A stretch of DNA of 64,000 nt from Candidatus Nealsonbacteria bacterium (GTDB lineage Bacteria; Patescibacteriota; Minisyncoccia; Minisyncoccales; MHMH01): NCBI GenBank assembly GCA_016188865.1, contig JACPGX010000001.1, positions 205,197 through 269,196 of the forward strand, given 5' to 3'. This document shows, piece by piece, positions 35,741-44,364 of the stretch (within the stretch, counting starts at the first letter, position 1; every line of letters starts with the position of its first letter). A model generated the notes under the pieces. The model did no database searches. It was given only the letters and a program-made list of their open reading frames with translations, and was not told the origin of the DNA. The position numbers and the translations under genes are program-made.

Positions 35741-35769
35741 ATTATAGAAAACTTAATGCTTCTTGTCAA
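35741..35769 (-). promoter_or_regulatory. Consensus promoter TTGACA-17-TATAAT
   Basis: -35 is revcomp of 35764-69, inside the 3' end of the upstream CDS. -10 is revcomp of 35741-46. Confidence 0.7.
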
Positions 35770-36898
35770 GCACGTTTGAGAACTTACTGTAAAAAATTGT
35801 GTTATCTTCAAGATTTTCAAAAACAACCGAAGCGGGCCCAATCGCGCAATTCGACCCGATTAATACTCCGGGCATTAAAGAAACATGGATGCCGGTCTGT
35901 GTGTTATCGCCCATAATGCAGCCGAGTTTCGTCCGGCCGGTATCGACAGGATTGCCCTTAATTTTCGCCCTAATCGTGTTTTTATCAAAACGCAAATTAG
36001 CGGTAATCGTGCCGGCGCCCAAATTGCAGTTTTGGCCGATAACTGAATCGCCCACGTAGCTTAAGTGGGGAATTTTTGAATTATCGCCAATAATCGAATT
36101 TTTAATTTCAACGCCGTTGCCGATGTGGCAATTATCTCCGATAGAAACCGGCCCGCGCAAAACGCAGTTCTTGCTGATGCGGCAATTCTTGCCAATGTAA
36201 ACTTTCGTCTTGCTATTATTGAGAAGATGCTCTAAAATGGCAAACAAATCCCAAGGGTATTTTAAAGAAACCGGCTCTTCCTTTGCCAAAACAAACTCGG
36301 CGCCCCTTTCTTTTATCAATAAATTTATTGTGTCTATTAAATTATCTTCTTTTTGGGGAACCTTTTTGTAATAATCAAAAAAATTAGCTGGAAAAATATA
36401 GGTTTCAGCGGCTTTAATTTTTGAGGGCTCTTTGCCTTTTTCTGGATTTTCAACGATTTCAACAATCTTCTTGCCCCGGAACTTTATCATGCCAAAATCC
36501 CACGGCCGGTCGGTTTTTACTCCCAAAAGGACGGCTTTTGCCGTATTTGTCTTAAATTTTACAAGCAATCGCGGCAAATATTCTTTAACGTCAACCTTGT
36601 GCGGACCAACAACGACAAATGGCCCTTTGATGAATTTTCTGGCTTGCCAAATGGCATCACCCGTACTTTCTGGTTTTGATTGAACAACATATTTAACGCT
36701 TTTATCTTTTAAATCATTTTCAATGTCTTTTTGAGGCCCCTGAACAACAATTATATCCTTAATGCCGGATTTTCTTAAACCTTTTATCGTATGCAAAATT
36801 AAGGGCTCTCCCATTATTTGGGTTAAAGATTTGTGCTTTAAATTGAACGGCCAGAATCTTGAAGATTTGCCGGCAGCTAAAATAATGGCTTGGGGCAT
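35753..36898 (-). CDS. Sugar-phosphate nucleotidyltransferase with C-terminal left-handed beta-helix (GlmU-like)
   Basis: LAAGKSSRF followed by hexapeptide repeats. Confidence 0.8.
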   Translation of the reverse strand: MPQAIILAAGKSSRFWPFNLKHKSLTQIMGEPLILHTIKGLRKSGIKDIIVVQGPQKDIENDLKDKSVKYVVQSKPESTGDAIWQARKFIKGPFVVVGPHKVDVKEYLPRLLVKFKTNTAKAVLLGVKTDRPWDFGMIKFRGKKIVEIVENPEKGKEPSKIKAAETYIFPANFFDYYKKVPQKEDNLIDTINLLIKERGAEFVLAKEEPVSLKYPWDLFAILEHLLNNSKTKVYIGKNCRISKNCVLRGPVSIGDNCHIGNGVEIKNSIIGDNSKIPHLSYVGDSVIGQNCNLGAGTITANLRFDKNTIRAKIKGNPVDTGRTKLGCIMGDNTQTGIHVSLMPGVLIGSNCAIGPASVVFENLEDNTIFYSKFSNVLDKKH

Positions 36899-37836
36899 AG
36901 ATTCAAAATTATTTTTGACAGTTTATCCGAGTCGTGAACAATCGCACCCCTATCTGTCAAAATGTCTCCTCCTATAAATTTATCTATGTCTAAAATTTCG
37001 GAAAATTTTACCAACTCCAATAATTCGGAATGATTTTTTTTATAATTAGCAATTCTTAAGGGAGACGGCTTGCGTTTGTTGAAAATAACATTGTTAAATT
37101 CCTGTCCAAGATATCTTTCCATTTCAAAAGTAAAATCCAAAACTGAAAAATTATCGGTCTCTCCATGCTTTGTCATCAAATTACAAATATAAACTTTTCT
37201 GGCATAACTTTTTCTGATTGCTTCAGAAATTCCCTTAACCAGCAAAATTTGCGCCAAAGATGAATATAAATCTCCGGGGCCCATAATAATTACATCCGCT
37301 TCTTGAATGGCCCTTAAGACGGGCTGGTAAGCTTTGGCTTCGGGCTCTAAGAAAACTTTTTTAATTTTTATGTTTCCATCGTGTTTGGGAACATCTATAT
37401 TAGTTTCTCCTCTGATGGTTTGACCATTCTCCAGCTGGGCGCAAAGAGTGGCGTTGTCCAGAGTAACCGGAAGCACTTCCCGATTATCGGGGATATTCAG
37501 ATCTTCCTTAAGCGCACTTGGGAGTTCCTTTGCATCAAAGGCTAGGGAAATACTTGTGCAATAAGCATTAGCTAAAATAACTCCATTTTCAAAACGATGC
37601 GAAAATAATTCTTTCTTTTCTTTAGGCGCTTCGGATAAAGCTAAAGCCGCTCTTCTAATGTCGCCGAAAGCCACTTTAGTCTTAAATAGCTCTCTTTCTT
37701 TGCCGGCAAAACCGCCCGAATCGAGCATAGCCGAAATCGCCGTTATCTTTACCGGGTATTTTTTAAGACCCTCCAGCACCGCCTTGGGCATAGCATTCCC
37801 CCCGCCCAAGACCACTATTTTAGTAATTTCTTTCAT
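36877..37836 (-). CDS. YvcK/CofD-family protein
   Basis: VVLGGGNA..SAMLDSGG pattern. Confidence 0.75.
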   Translation of the reverse strand: MKEITKIVVLGGGNAMPKAVLEGLKKYPVKITAISAMLDSGGFAGKERELFKTKVAFGDIRRAALALSEAPKEKKELFSHRFENGVILANAYCTSISLAFDAKELPSALKEDLNIPDNREVLPVTLDNATLCAQLENGQTIRGETNIDVPKHDGNIKIKKVFLEPEAKAYQPVLRAIQEADVIIMGPGDLYSSLAQILLVKGISEAIRKSYARKVYICNLMTKHGETDNFSVLDFTFEMERYLGQEFNNVIFNKRKPSPLRIANYKKNHSELLELVKFSEILDIDKFIGGDILTDRGAIVHDSDKLSKIILNLCPKPLF

Positions 37837-37842
37837 TGCGTA

Positions 37843-37867
37843 ATGTAACGGGTCGTACCAGTTACAT
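37843..37867. repeat. Hairpin atgtaacggg-tcgta-ccAgttacat (copy 1 of 2)
   Basis: Directly downstream of the korB-like stop. The second copy is at 44340-44364. Confidence 0.8.
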
Positions 37868-37872
37868 ATGGA

Positions 37873-38745
37873 TTATTTAAATTCTCTGATTATGTTATCC
37901 CAGTTGGTTTTTCTGTCAATTGTATGCCAGGGTTGTTTTAATTGAGGCCACTGGGATTCAAAAGTGGCGCGTTCCGTCTGGTAAAAAACGCCAATGGGCA
38001 CTTTGGTATCTTTTTCGTAAGAATAATCCCATTCTCTGACTCTCTCCAGGGCTTGGCTAAAATTGCCAGCATCGTGAGTCTCCTCTAATTTATAAACATT
38101 TTTAGTCAAATAAGGCACTGAATGCTTATGGTAAACAATGCAGGGCTGTAAAATATCAAGAAAGGCAAAACCTTTATGCGTTATGGCTTTTTTCATCAGT
38201 TCTTTTAAATGCGGCCCCTGCAAAGCATAACCCCTGGCCACGAAAGTAGCGCCCAAATCTAAGGCCATAAGTAAGGAATTAATCGGCTTTTCTCCTTGGC
38301 CTAAAGGAGTGGAACCATCAACAAATCCTTTTTCCGTAAGAGCAGTAGCTTGTCCGGTAGTCAAAGCAAAAACCTGATTAGTATGCACCATCATGGTCAT
38401 GTCGGCGTTATACCTGCAAGCGTGAACAAAATGAGAAACGCCTTCGTCAAAAGTATCGCCGTCTCCTCCGAATCCTACCACAGTTAAATCGGGGTTTCCC
38501 AATTTTATTCCTAAACAAACCGGCAAAACCCTGCCATGCAGCCCGTTAAAGCCGTTTAAATTTACGTAGTCAAAAATCTTGCCGTGGCAGCCGATGCCAG
38601 CCACTAAAGAAGTATCTTTGACGCTTATTTTTCCTTCATTGACCAATTCGGCCAGCGCCTCTTTAATTGAGTTCAAAATGCCGAAATTGGGACAGCCGGG
38701 GCACCAGGTATTTATTTCTTTTGTTGTAAAATCTTGCGGAGTCAT
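37873..38745 (-). CDS. korB: 2-oxoacid:ferredoxin oxidoreductase, beta (TPP) subunit
   Basis: WCPGCPNFG and GGDGD. Confidence 0.88.
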   Translation of the reverse strand: MTPQDFTTKEINTWCPGCPNFGILNSIKEALAELVNEGKISVKDTSLVAGIGCHGKIFDYVNLNGFNGLHGRVLPVCLGIKLGNPDLTVVGFGGDGDTFDEGVSHFVHACRYNADMTMMVHTNQVFALTTGQATALTEKGFVDGSTPLGQGEKPINSLLMALDLGATFVARGYALQGPHLKELMKKAITHKGFAFLDILQPCIVYHKHSVPYLTKNVYKLEETHDAGNFSQALERVREWDYSYEKDTKVPIGVFYQTERATFESQWPQLKQPWHTIDRKTNWDNIIREFK

Positions 38746-40337
38746 AGTTGATTAATTATATCATCCGGAGTAAACGGCCTCCCGTCGTACTTTAAAATCT
38801 TATTTTTAATCGTAATGCCGGTTTCTTCTTTGATAACATCAGCCAAGGAGCCCGTAACGCTATTTTCTACCAAAACAACCTTCTTGGCCTGCCTGCCGGT
38901 AGGCATGGATTTTTTGATTTCTTTAGCAACTTTTTCTGCCGGGAAAGGTTTTAAATAAGAAATCTGCATAAATCTAAAATTCTTTATTTGGGGTAAGGCA
39001 TCTAGAATCGCGCCCTTAGTTGAACCGTGACTAATAAGCAAATTACTTCCTTTGCCATAAACAGAAATCGGATTTAATTTATCAATCTCTTTTTTAAGAT
39101 AAGGCAATTTTTTAAATCTTTTATCCTGCATTTTAACTGCCCCAGCAGAATCTTCAATGGTATAGCCATATTCATTATGCTCATAGCTATTTGCCCTAAC
39201 CACAAAGTTGCCTTGTCCCGGAACAGCTCTTGGAGAAATGCCATTCGGCGTTAAAGCATAGGGCCTGTAATCTTCCTGCGGATTTTCCACGATAAAGCGA
39301 TCAATCGGCAAAGATGACTTTGCTATTTCATCAAAAGTATAATTGCTTTCAGCCAAATGCTTATCCGATAAAAGAATAACGGGGATTCTATATTTATTGG
39401 ACAGATAAAAAGCCTCCTGGGTTCTGATCACGGCCTCTTGTGCGTCACCCGGAGATAAAACCACCCTCAAAAATTCCCCATGTCCGGCGTTTAAAGCGAA
39501 CTTCAAATCTCCCTGACCAGTATGGGTAGCTAATCCGGTTGCAGGAGCCGGCCTCTGCCCTAAATAAATTACCAAAGGAAGTTCGGTCATAGCTGCCAAG
39601 CTCAATCCTTCGGTCATTAAAGCAAAACCGCCGCCCGAAGTCCCGACCATAGCTTTAGCTCCCGCGAATGAAGCCCCCAAGGCGGCATTAATAACTGCAA
39701 TTTCATTTTCCGGCTGAAAAACCAAGATATTATTTTCCAGCTGCCTCTTGGCCAAAAAATGGAGCACGGGACTAGCCGGAGTCATGGGATAAGCTAAATA
39801 AATATCCATGCCAGCGGCTATTGCTCCAATGCCTATGGCTTCCGTGCCGGAAATAAAACACTTAGGTTTTAATTTTTTAAGTTTTTCTTTTTCAGAGTCC
39901 AATTGATAACCCTCTTGAATTGATTTTTTTACCAAGTCGGCGTTTTTACCGAATGTTTTTTCTGCGGCTGCAAAAAGAATATTTAAATCCACTCCGAAAT
40001 ATTTGAAAAGCAGGCCGATTAGAATATTGTTAGCTAAAATTTTCGGCTCCGTTTCTTTGGCTTTAAAAACCAAACCGCTTTGTTTTAAATCTTTCTTGTG
40101 AATATCAACTGTTTTTTGGTCTAAAGCCAAAATAAAATCATATTTATATTCGTGGGAATAAACCGGCTTATCAGAAATTTTCAGAATATTAAAATTATGC
40201 CCTCCCCTGATTAAGGAGGGATAATCTCGGTAATTAAAAACGTAATATCCCAAACTAGTAAAAATTTTCCCGACAAAATGCGAGGTAACAGCCGTGCCCA
40301 GCCCCGCCTCCCCGCCGATGAGAATCGTTTTTTGCAT
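38742..40337 (-). CDS. korA: 2-oxoacid:ferredoxin oxidoreductase, fused gamma-alpha subunit
   Basis: Gamma-like N-terminus GEAGLG, then alpha-subunit YPMTPAS. Start trimmed to MQKTILIGG (ATG 40335-40337). Confidence 0.85.
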   Translation of the reverse strand: MQKTILIGGEAGLGTAVTSHFVGKIFTSLGYYVFNYRDYPSLIRGGHNFNILKISDKPVYSHEYKYDFILALDQKTVDIHKKDLKQSGLVFKAKETEPKILANNILIGLLFKYFGVDLNILFAAAEKTFGKNADLVKKSIQEGYQLDSEKEKLKKLKPKCFISGTEAIGIGAIAAGMDIYLAYPMTPASPVLHFLAKRQLENNILVFQPENEIAVINAALGASFAGAKAMVGTSGGGFALMTEGLSLAAMTELPLVIYLGQRPAPATGLATHTGQGDLKFALNAGHGEFLRVVLSPGDAQEAVIRTQEAFYLSNKYRIPVILLSDKHLAESNYTFDEIAKSSLPIDRFIVENPQEDYRPYALTPNGISPRAVPGQGNFVVRANSYEHNEYGYTIEDSAGAVKMQDKRFKKLPYLKKEIDKLNPISVYGKGSNLLISHGSTKGAILDALPQIKNFRFMQISYLKPFPAEKVAKEIKKSMPTGRQAKKVVLVENSVTGSLADVIKEETGITIKNKILKYDGRPFTPDDIINQL

Positions 40338-40543
40338 AATACAACTAATTCCTATATTACCACTTTTCTTCCAAAATAAAAAGTGTGCGACACTCGGTGT
40401 CGCACGCTTATATTTCAACCCACGAAGTTGAAGATTTTACGAAAATTGTGCTTTATCGTGGCAGCAGCCGTTATCAAGCAATACGAGTATTTTCTTTTAC
40501 AATACTAGTGTTATGAGTTGTTCAAAATATTTTACATAAACCG

Positions 40544-40858
40544 CTATAATTTCCTCGGGGAATTCTTCCGGATATTCATCTTTATTAAATTTTTATTAAA
40601 TTTCCTCAATGCAGTCTCCAAATACTTCGCCGCTTCTTCTAATTTTTCAAGATCTTCTAGATTATTTTTATCTCGCAAAATCTTCTCCGCTGCTTCGGTA
40701 AATATAGAAACATCTCTTAAAAATCTTTTGCCCTTTCCGTCAGGAAGTTTTTTATCCATATCGCCTAATACTGTGTATTTTTGGCTATCGCTTTTTGCTC
40801 TTTCAAGTCTATCGACCGCCATTTTTAATACCTGTCCTTCTGTCTTTTGTTTAACCAC
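40544..40858 (-). CDS. Hypothetical helical 104-aa protein (GTG start)
   Basis: AGGAGG lies 5 nt upstream of the GTG. The plus-strand ORF 40518-40916 is judged to be its shadow. Confidence 0.5.
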   Translation of the reverse strand: MVKQKTEGQVLKMAVDRLERAKSDSQKYTVLGDMDKKLPDGKGKRFLRDVSIFTEAAEKILRDKNNLEDLEKLEEAAKYLETALRKFNKNLIKMNIRKNSPRKL

Positions 40859-40955
40859 TTTTGCCTCCTCATGTACTGCTATCCTATACCCAAACTTTTT
40901 AAAGAAATGGCGTTAGCTCGGAAGTGCGCAACGCTCGGTATCGCATACGTCATTT

Positions 40956-41168
40956 TTAAGGAAGCCTTGCTTCATTAAAAATAATAATCTCTTCTTTTAA
41001 GGCAAACCAATCACCTGTGCGTCTTTTTTTGTCTCTAATTTCTTGAATAAACACTTCGGCTTCTTTGCGAGCTTCTCGCCTTGATTTGGCGTTTAGTTTT
41101 TTCCGCACATCTATTACAGTCGCGCCGCCATAATATTGATAACAAAGGTAGTATGACTTATTTTCCAT
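40956..41168 (-). CDS. Hypothetical 70-aa protein
   Basis: AAGGAGGGAG RBS. Confidence 0.5.
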   Translation of the reverse strand: MENKSYYLCYQYYGGATVIDVRKKLNAKSRREARKEAEVFIQEIRDKKRRTGDWFALKEEIIIFNEARLP

Positions 41169-41347
41169 TTCTCCCTCCTTATTTATTCCAATGATCTAAT
41201 CGTAGCCTATCAAACCTCAAAATAAAAATCAAGCGTATAAATAGTGTACACCCCGCGGGAATGCACACTATTATTTATTCTTACTCATATTTTTAGCCCT
41301 GTGGATAACCTCTTGCTTGACACGAGCTTATGTGCTATAATAAGGAT

Positions 41348-41405
41348 GTAGGAGAAATCCTACTAATCACGCGGTCCCGCCTAAAGCGGGATTTTCGCTT
41401 TTTAT
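41348..41405 (+). ncRNA. Candidate ~58-nt antisense sRNA overlapping the 3' end of the NYN gene
   Basis: Promoter TTGCTT-17-TATAAT (41313-41341). Hairpin GUAGGA-GAAA-UCCUAC. Terminator CCCGC-CUAAA-GCGGG with a U-rich tail found only on the plus strand. Confidence 0.3.
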
Positions 41406-42080
41406 ATAACCCCTCTTTCCTGTATAAAATTTACCGAAATCAATATATTTATCTTTAATGCGATGCAACTCCCCTGCCACCATATCGCGTACTCCAACCA
41501 CGTAAATATTTTTTCCCCTTACTTTTAGACGCTCTAATGGCGCGACCAAATCGGAATCACCAGAAAAAAGCATAACTGCCGTTATTTTTTCCGCATCGTC
41601 TAACATATCCATTGTCATCTCAACATCAAAATTACATTTTGGCTCCTCGAGAATTATTCCAGATTTTTGCAACTCATCTATCAACTCGTAAATTTTCTCT
41701 TTAACTTTTCCATCAAATAAAGTCATGGTACGACGCTGAAAAAACAATGCTTCATCAATGTCTTTCTTAATAAATTTCATAACTTTTGGCGGATTTGGTC
41801 TCAAAATTGCTCCAGTCTTTTTTATGCGATTATGAAATGCTTCAGAATTTTCCCTATCCCTTTCATTCAATCCGTAATACACCTTTACCTCTTTAATGTT
41901 TGGGAAAGTAAAAAGTTGCCCAACTACGTCTTCTATTCTAAATCTCCAGCCCAAAACATCTTGCCAATGAAACATATTAGTTAAATCCAAATATACAAAA
42001 ATAGATGTTTCCTTGTTTATCCAATCTAAATAATCTCTTCTGACTATAAAATTATTTTTAATATTTTGAGGTATATCCAT
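41367..42080 (-). CDS. NYN-domain (LabA/DUF88-like) putative RNase
   Basis: FSGDSDLVAPLERLK..GKNIYVVG. Confidence 0.75.
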   Translation of the reverse strand: MDIPQNIKNNFIVRRDYLDWINKETSIFVYLDLTNMFHWQDVLGWRFRIEDVVGQLFTFPNIKEVKVYYGLNERDRENSEAFHNRIKKTGAILRPNPPKVMKFIKKDIDEALFFQRRTMTLFDGKVKEKIYELIDELQKSGIILEEPKCNFDVEMTMDMLDDAEKITAVMLFSGDSDLVAPLERLKVRGKNIYVVGVRDMVAGELHRIKDKYIDFGKFYTGKRGYIKSENPALGGTA

Positions 42081-42162
42081 AATGTTCAGTTCCCCTTATC
42101 TTAACAAATAGAAAATCCGGATTCAACCGGAAGAAAATAGATCTACTATTACCATCCCCAAT

Positions 42163-42383
42163 AAAAAAAGAAACCCCTGAATGCTCTTTTGAGCTATTCA
42201 GGGGGGCTTCTTCTCGGGGCCCCTATTACTCTCTTGCACAGCGGGGCCAGAAGACCGTGCAAGATATACCTGTTAAAGTCTTTCCCCGCAGACCGGTAGA
42301 CGTCTTACGAGAATACCCCTGTCAAAATCCTCTTTGCATGCCGGGGAACGCATTGCTCGAGTGGTGTCCTTCTCTATCTTTAC
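42163..42383 (-). ncRNA. ~220-nt GC-rich structured RNA of unknown class (free sRNA, or terminator-controlled leader of the NYN gene)
   Basis: Own promoter and intrinsic terminator (CCCCCCUGAAU..AUUCAGGGG plus a U-run). Internal CUUGCAC/GUGCAAG helix and pseudoknot-capable GGCCCC/GGGGCC and UCUUCU/AGAAGA pairs. Confidence 0.55.
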
Positions 42384-42389
42384 TATAAC

Positions 42390-42418
42390 AGTATAGCATG
42401 GAACTCAAATTCTGTCAA
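42390..42418 (-). promoter_or_regulatory. Promoter TTGACA-17-TATACT
   Basis: -35 is revcomp of 42413-18 and -10 is revcomp of 42390-95. Confidence 0.7.
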
Positions 42419-42443
42419 TAGGCCTATCGTACGAGGGTGCACA

Positions 42444-44255
42444 CTATTCTACGGTGACGGATTTGGCTAGGTTACGAGGCTTGTCTACATCGCAGCCGCG
42501 AAGGACGCCCATGTGGTAAGCGAAAAGCTGGAGAGGAATGACGCTTAAAATGGGGGTGAGCATTTCCAATGTTTTGGGGATATAAATGACATCGTTAGCC
42601 AATTTTTTAATTCCCTCATCGCCCTCGGTGGCAATAACAATAATTTTTCCTTTGCGGGCTTTGATTTCCTCTATGTTTGATATATTTTTTTCGTAAACCG
42701 AATCGGCTGGAGCAATGACTATAGTGGGGAAATTTTCATCAATCAAAGCGATGGGACCGTGCTTCAATTCGCCGGCTCCGTAACCTTCAGCGTGAATGTA
42801 GGATATTTCTTTTAGTTTTAAAGCGCCCTCTAAAGCAACGGGATAATTATATTTTCTGCCAAGATAGAAAAAATTATTATAGTCCTTATATTTCTCGGCT
42901 AATTTTTTAATTTGAACGCTGGTACTCAAAACTGTTTTTATCAATCCCGGCAAAAGCTGAAGCTCTTTGGCGATTCTTTGGCCCGTGACAACTGAAAGTT
43001 CTTTTTGCCTGCCAAGGTATAAAGTTAAAAGCGCTAAAATTGCCAATTGGGAGGTGAAGGCCTTGGTGGAAGCCACGCCAATTTCCGCGCCGGCCCGATT
43101 GTAAACACCGGCATCGGTTTCTCTGGCCACAGAAGAACCAACCATATTAACAATTCCCATGGTTTGCACGCCTTTTCTTTTTGCTTCTTTGAGAGCAGCT
43201 AAAGTATCGGCAGTTTCTCCAGATTGGGAAATCGCCAAAACCGCTGTTTTTTTATCGAAAATCGGCTTTCTGTAACGGAATTCCGAGGCTAAATCCACAT
43301 CGGTTGAAATGCCGGCATATTCTTCCAGCATGTACTCGCCTACCAAGCCGGCATGATAAGCAGTGCCGCAGGCGATAATATCAATGCTATCAATTTCTCG
43401 AAGTTTTTCTTTGACTGATTCAAGCCCGCCAAGCCTGGCAGCTCCCTGATTAGTTAGCACCCTGCCTTTAAGGGCGTTATCAATGGTTTCTGACTGCTCC
43501 ATAATTTCTTTAAGCATAAAATGAGGAAAACCTTTTTTCTGGGCATCTTCCGATTCTATTTCCAGAAGCTCCGGCTGCTTTTCTCTTAGAATAAGCAAAT
43601 CGTTTGGAGTAATAACTGCTATTTCATTATCATCCAAATTAACTACTTTTTTAGCATAAGGAGCTATGGCATTGGCGTCAGATGCGACGAGGTATTCCTT
43701 TTTGCCGGTAATGCCGATTAAAAGAGGGCTGGAAAGCCGGGCTACTACAATTTTCCCCGGATCTTTTTTGGCAATAATGGCTAAGGCGTAAGCGCCTCTA
43801 ACCTGCCTCAAGGCCTTTCTAACTGCTTCCTCTAAATTTTTATGAAAAAATTTCTCAATTAAATGAGCTACGACTTCAGTATCTGTTTCAGAACTGAAAA
43901 CGTGGCCTTCTTTTTCCAGGCCTTCTTTCAACTCGCGATAATTTTCAATAATCCCATTGTGAACAAGCCAAATGTTGCCATGGCAATCGGAATGAGGATG
44001 GGCATTGGCTTCAGTTACGCCGCCGTGAGTTGCCCATCTTACGTGCCCAAGGCCAAAAGTGCCTTCAATGTTGCAATCTTTTAGTTTATTTTCTAATGCA
44101 TCAAGTTTTCCTACTGCTTTTAAGCAAATGGTTTTATCGTTATCAAAAATAACAAGACCCGAGGAATCATATCCCCGGTAGCTTTCTCGCTGAAGCCCAT
44201 TAATCAAAATGGGCACAGCTTTCTGTTTTCCCAAATAACCGACTATCCCGCACAT
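42444..44255 (-). CDS. glmS: Glutamine--fructose-6-phosphate aminotransferase
   Basis: MCGIVGY N-terminal nucleophile and two SIS domains. Start set to the Met directly preceding Cys. Confidence 0.96.
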   Translation of the reverse strand: MCGIVGYLGKQKAVPILINGLQRESYRGYDSSGLVIFDNDKTICLKAVGKLDALENKLKDCNIEGTFGLGHVRWATHGGVTEANAHPHSDCHGNIWLVHNGIIENYRELKEGLEKEGHVFSSETDTEVVAHLIEKFFHKNLEEAVRKALRQVRGAYALAIIAKKDPGKIVVARLSSPLLIGITGKKEYLVASDANAIAPYAKKVVNLDDNEIAVITPNDLLILREKQPELLEIESEDAQKKGFPHFMLKEIMEQSETIDNALKGRVLTNQGAARLGGLESVKEKLREIDSIDIIACGTAYHAGLVGEYMLEEYAGISTDVDLASEFRYRKPIFDKKTAVLAISQSGETADTLAALKEAKRKGVQTMGIVNMVGSSVARETDAGVYNRAGAEIGVASTKAFTSQLAILALLTLYLGRQKELSVVTGQRIAKELQLLPGLIKTVLSTSVQIKKLAEKYKDYNNFFYLGRKYNYPVALEGALKLKEISYIHAEGYGAGELKHGPIALIDENFPTIVIAPADSVYEKNISNIEEIKARKGKIIVIATEGDEGIKKLANDVIYIPKTLEMLTPILSVIPLQLFAYHMGVLRGCDVDKPRNLAKSVTVE

Positions 44256-44262
44256 CATATTC

Positions 44263-44292
44263 ATAATAGCTATTTATAGCCGCCGCTGTCAA
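44263..44292 (-). promoter_or_regulatory. glmS promoter TTGACA-18-TATTAT, implying a leaderless mRNA
   Basis: The -10 box ends 5-8 nt before the ATG-ATG-TGC start. No SD and no room for a glmS ribozyme. Confidence 0.5.
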
Positions 44293-44299
44293 CGGCAGT

Positions 44300-44330
44300 A
44301 ATATAAAACCTCGGTTAAAAACCGAGGTTT
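44300..44330 (-). terminator. Terminator of the dehydrogenase/OFOR operon
   Basis: aaacctcgg-loop-ccgaggttt followed by UUUUAU. Confidence 0.7.
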
Positions 44331-44339
44331 CTTTTTCTG

Positions 44340-44364
44340 ATGTAACGGGTCGTACCCGTTACAT
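44340..44364. repeat. Hairpin atgtaacggg-tcgta-cccgttacat (copy 2 of 2, perfect)
   Basis: Abuts the stop codon of the dehydrogenase gene. Confidence 0.8.

Noticed and set aside
40518-40916. Plus-strand 132-aa ORF.
   Set aside because: The overlapping minus-strand ORF 40544-40858 has AGGAGG plus a GTG start and matches the local gene polarity. The plus-strand ORF has no RBS and a low-complexity sequence.
42163-42383. Tried to assign the structured RNA to RNase P, tmRNA, SRP RNA, 6S RNA, ydaO or a cobalamin riboswitch.
   Set aside because: It is too short for RNase P and shows only a loose GGGGAAAGAC resemblance to the GGAAAGUCC core. It has no tRNA-like end or ..LAA tag ORF for tmRNA. It lacks the GGAAGCAGCC-type SRP helix 8 and the end-to-end pairing expected for 6S. 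Only a CUCGUAAG fragment resembles ydaO. The class is left open pending cmscan.
44256-44363. Expected glmS ribozyme upstream of glmS.
   Set aside because: Only ~100 nt are available. They are occupied by a REP-like hairpin, a terminator and a promoter whose -10 box nearly touches the start codon. None of the conserved ribozyme core is visible.
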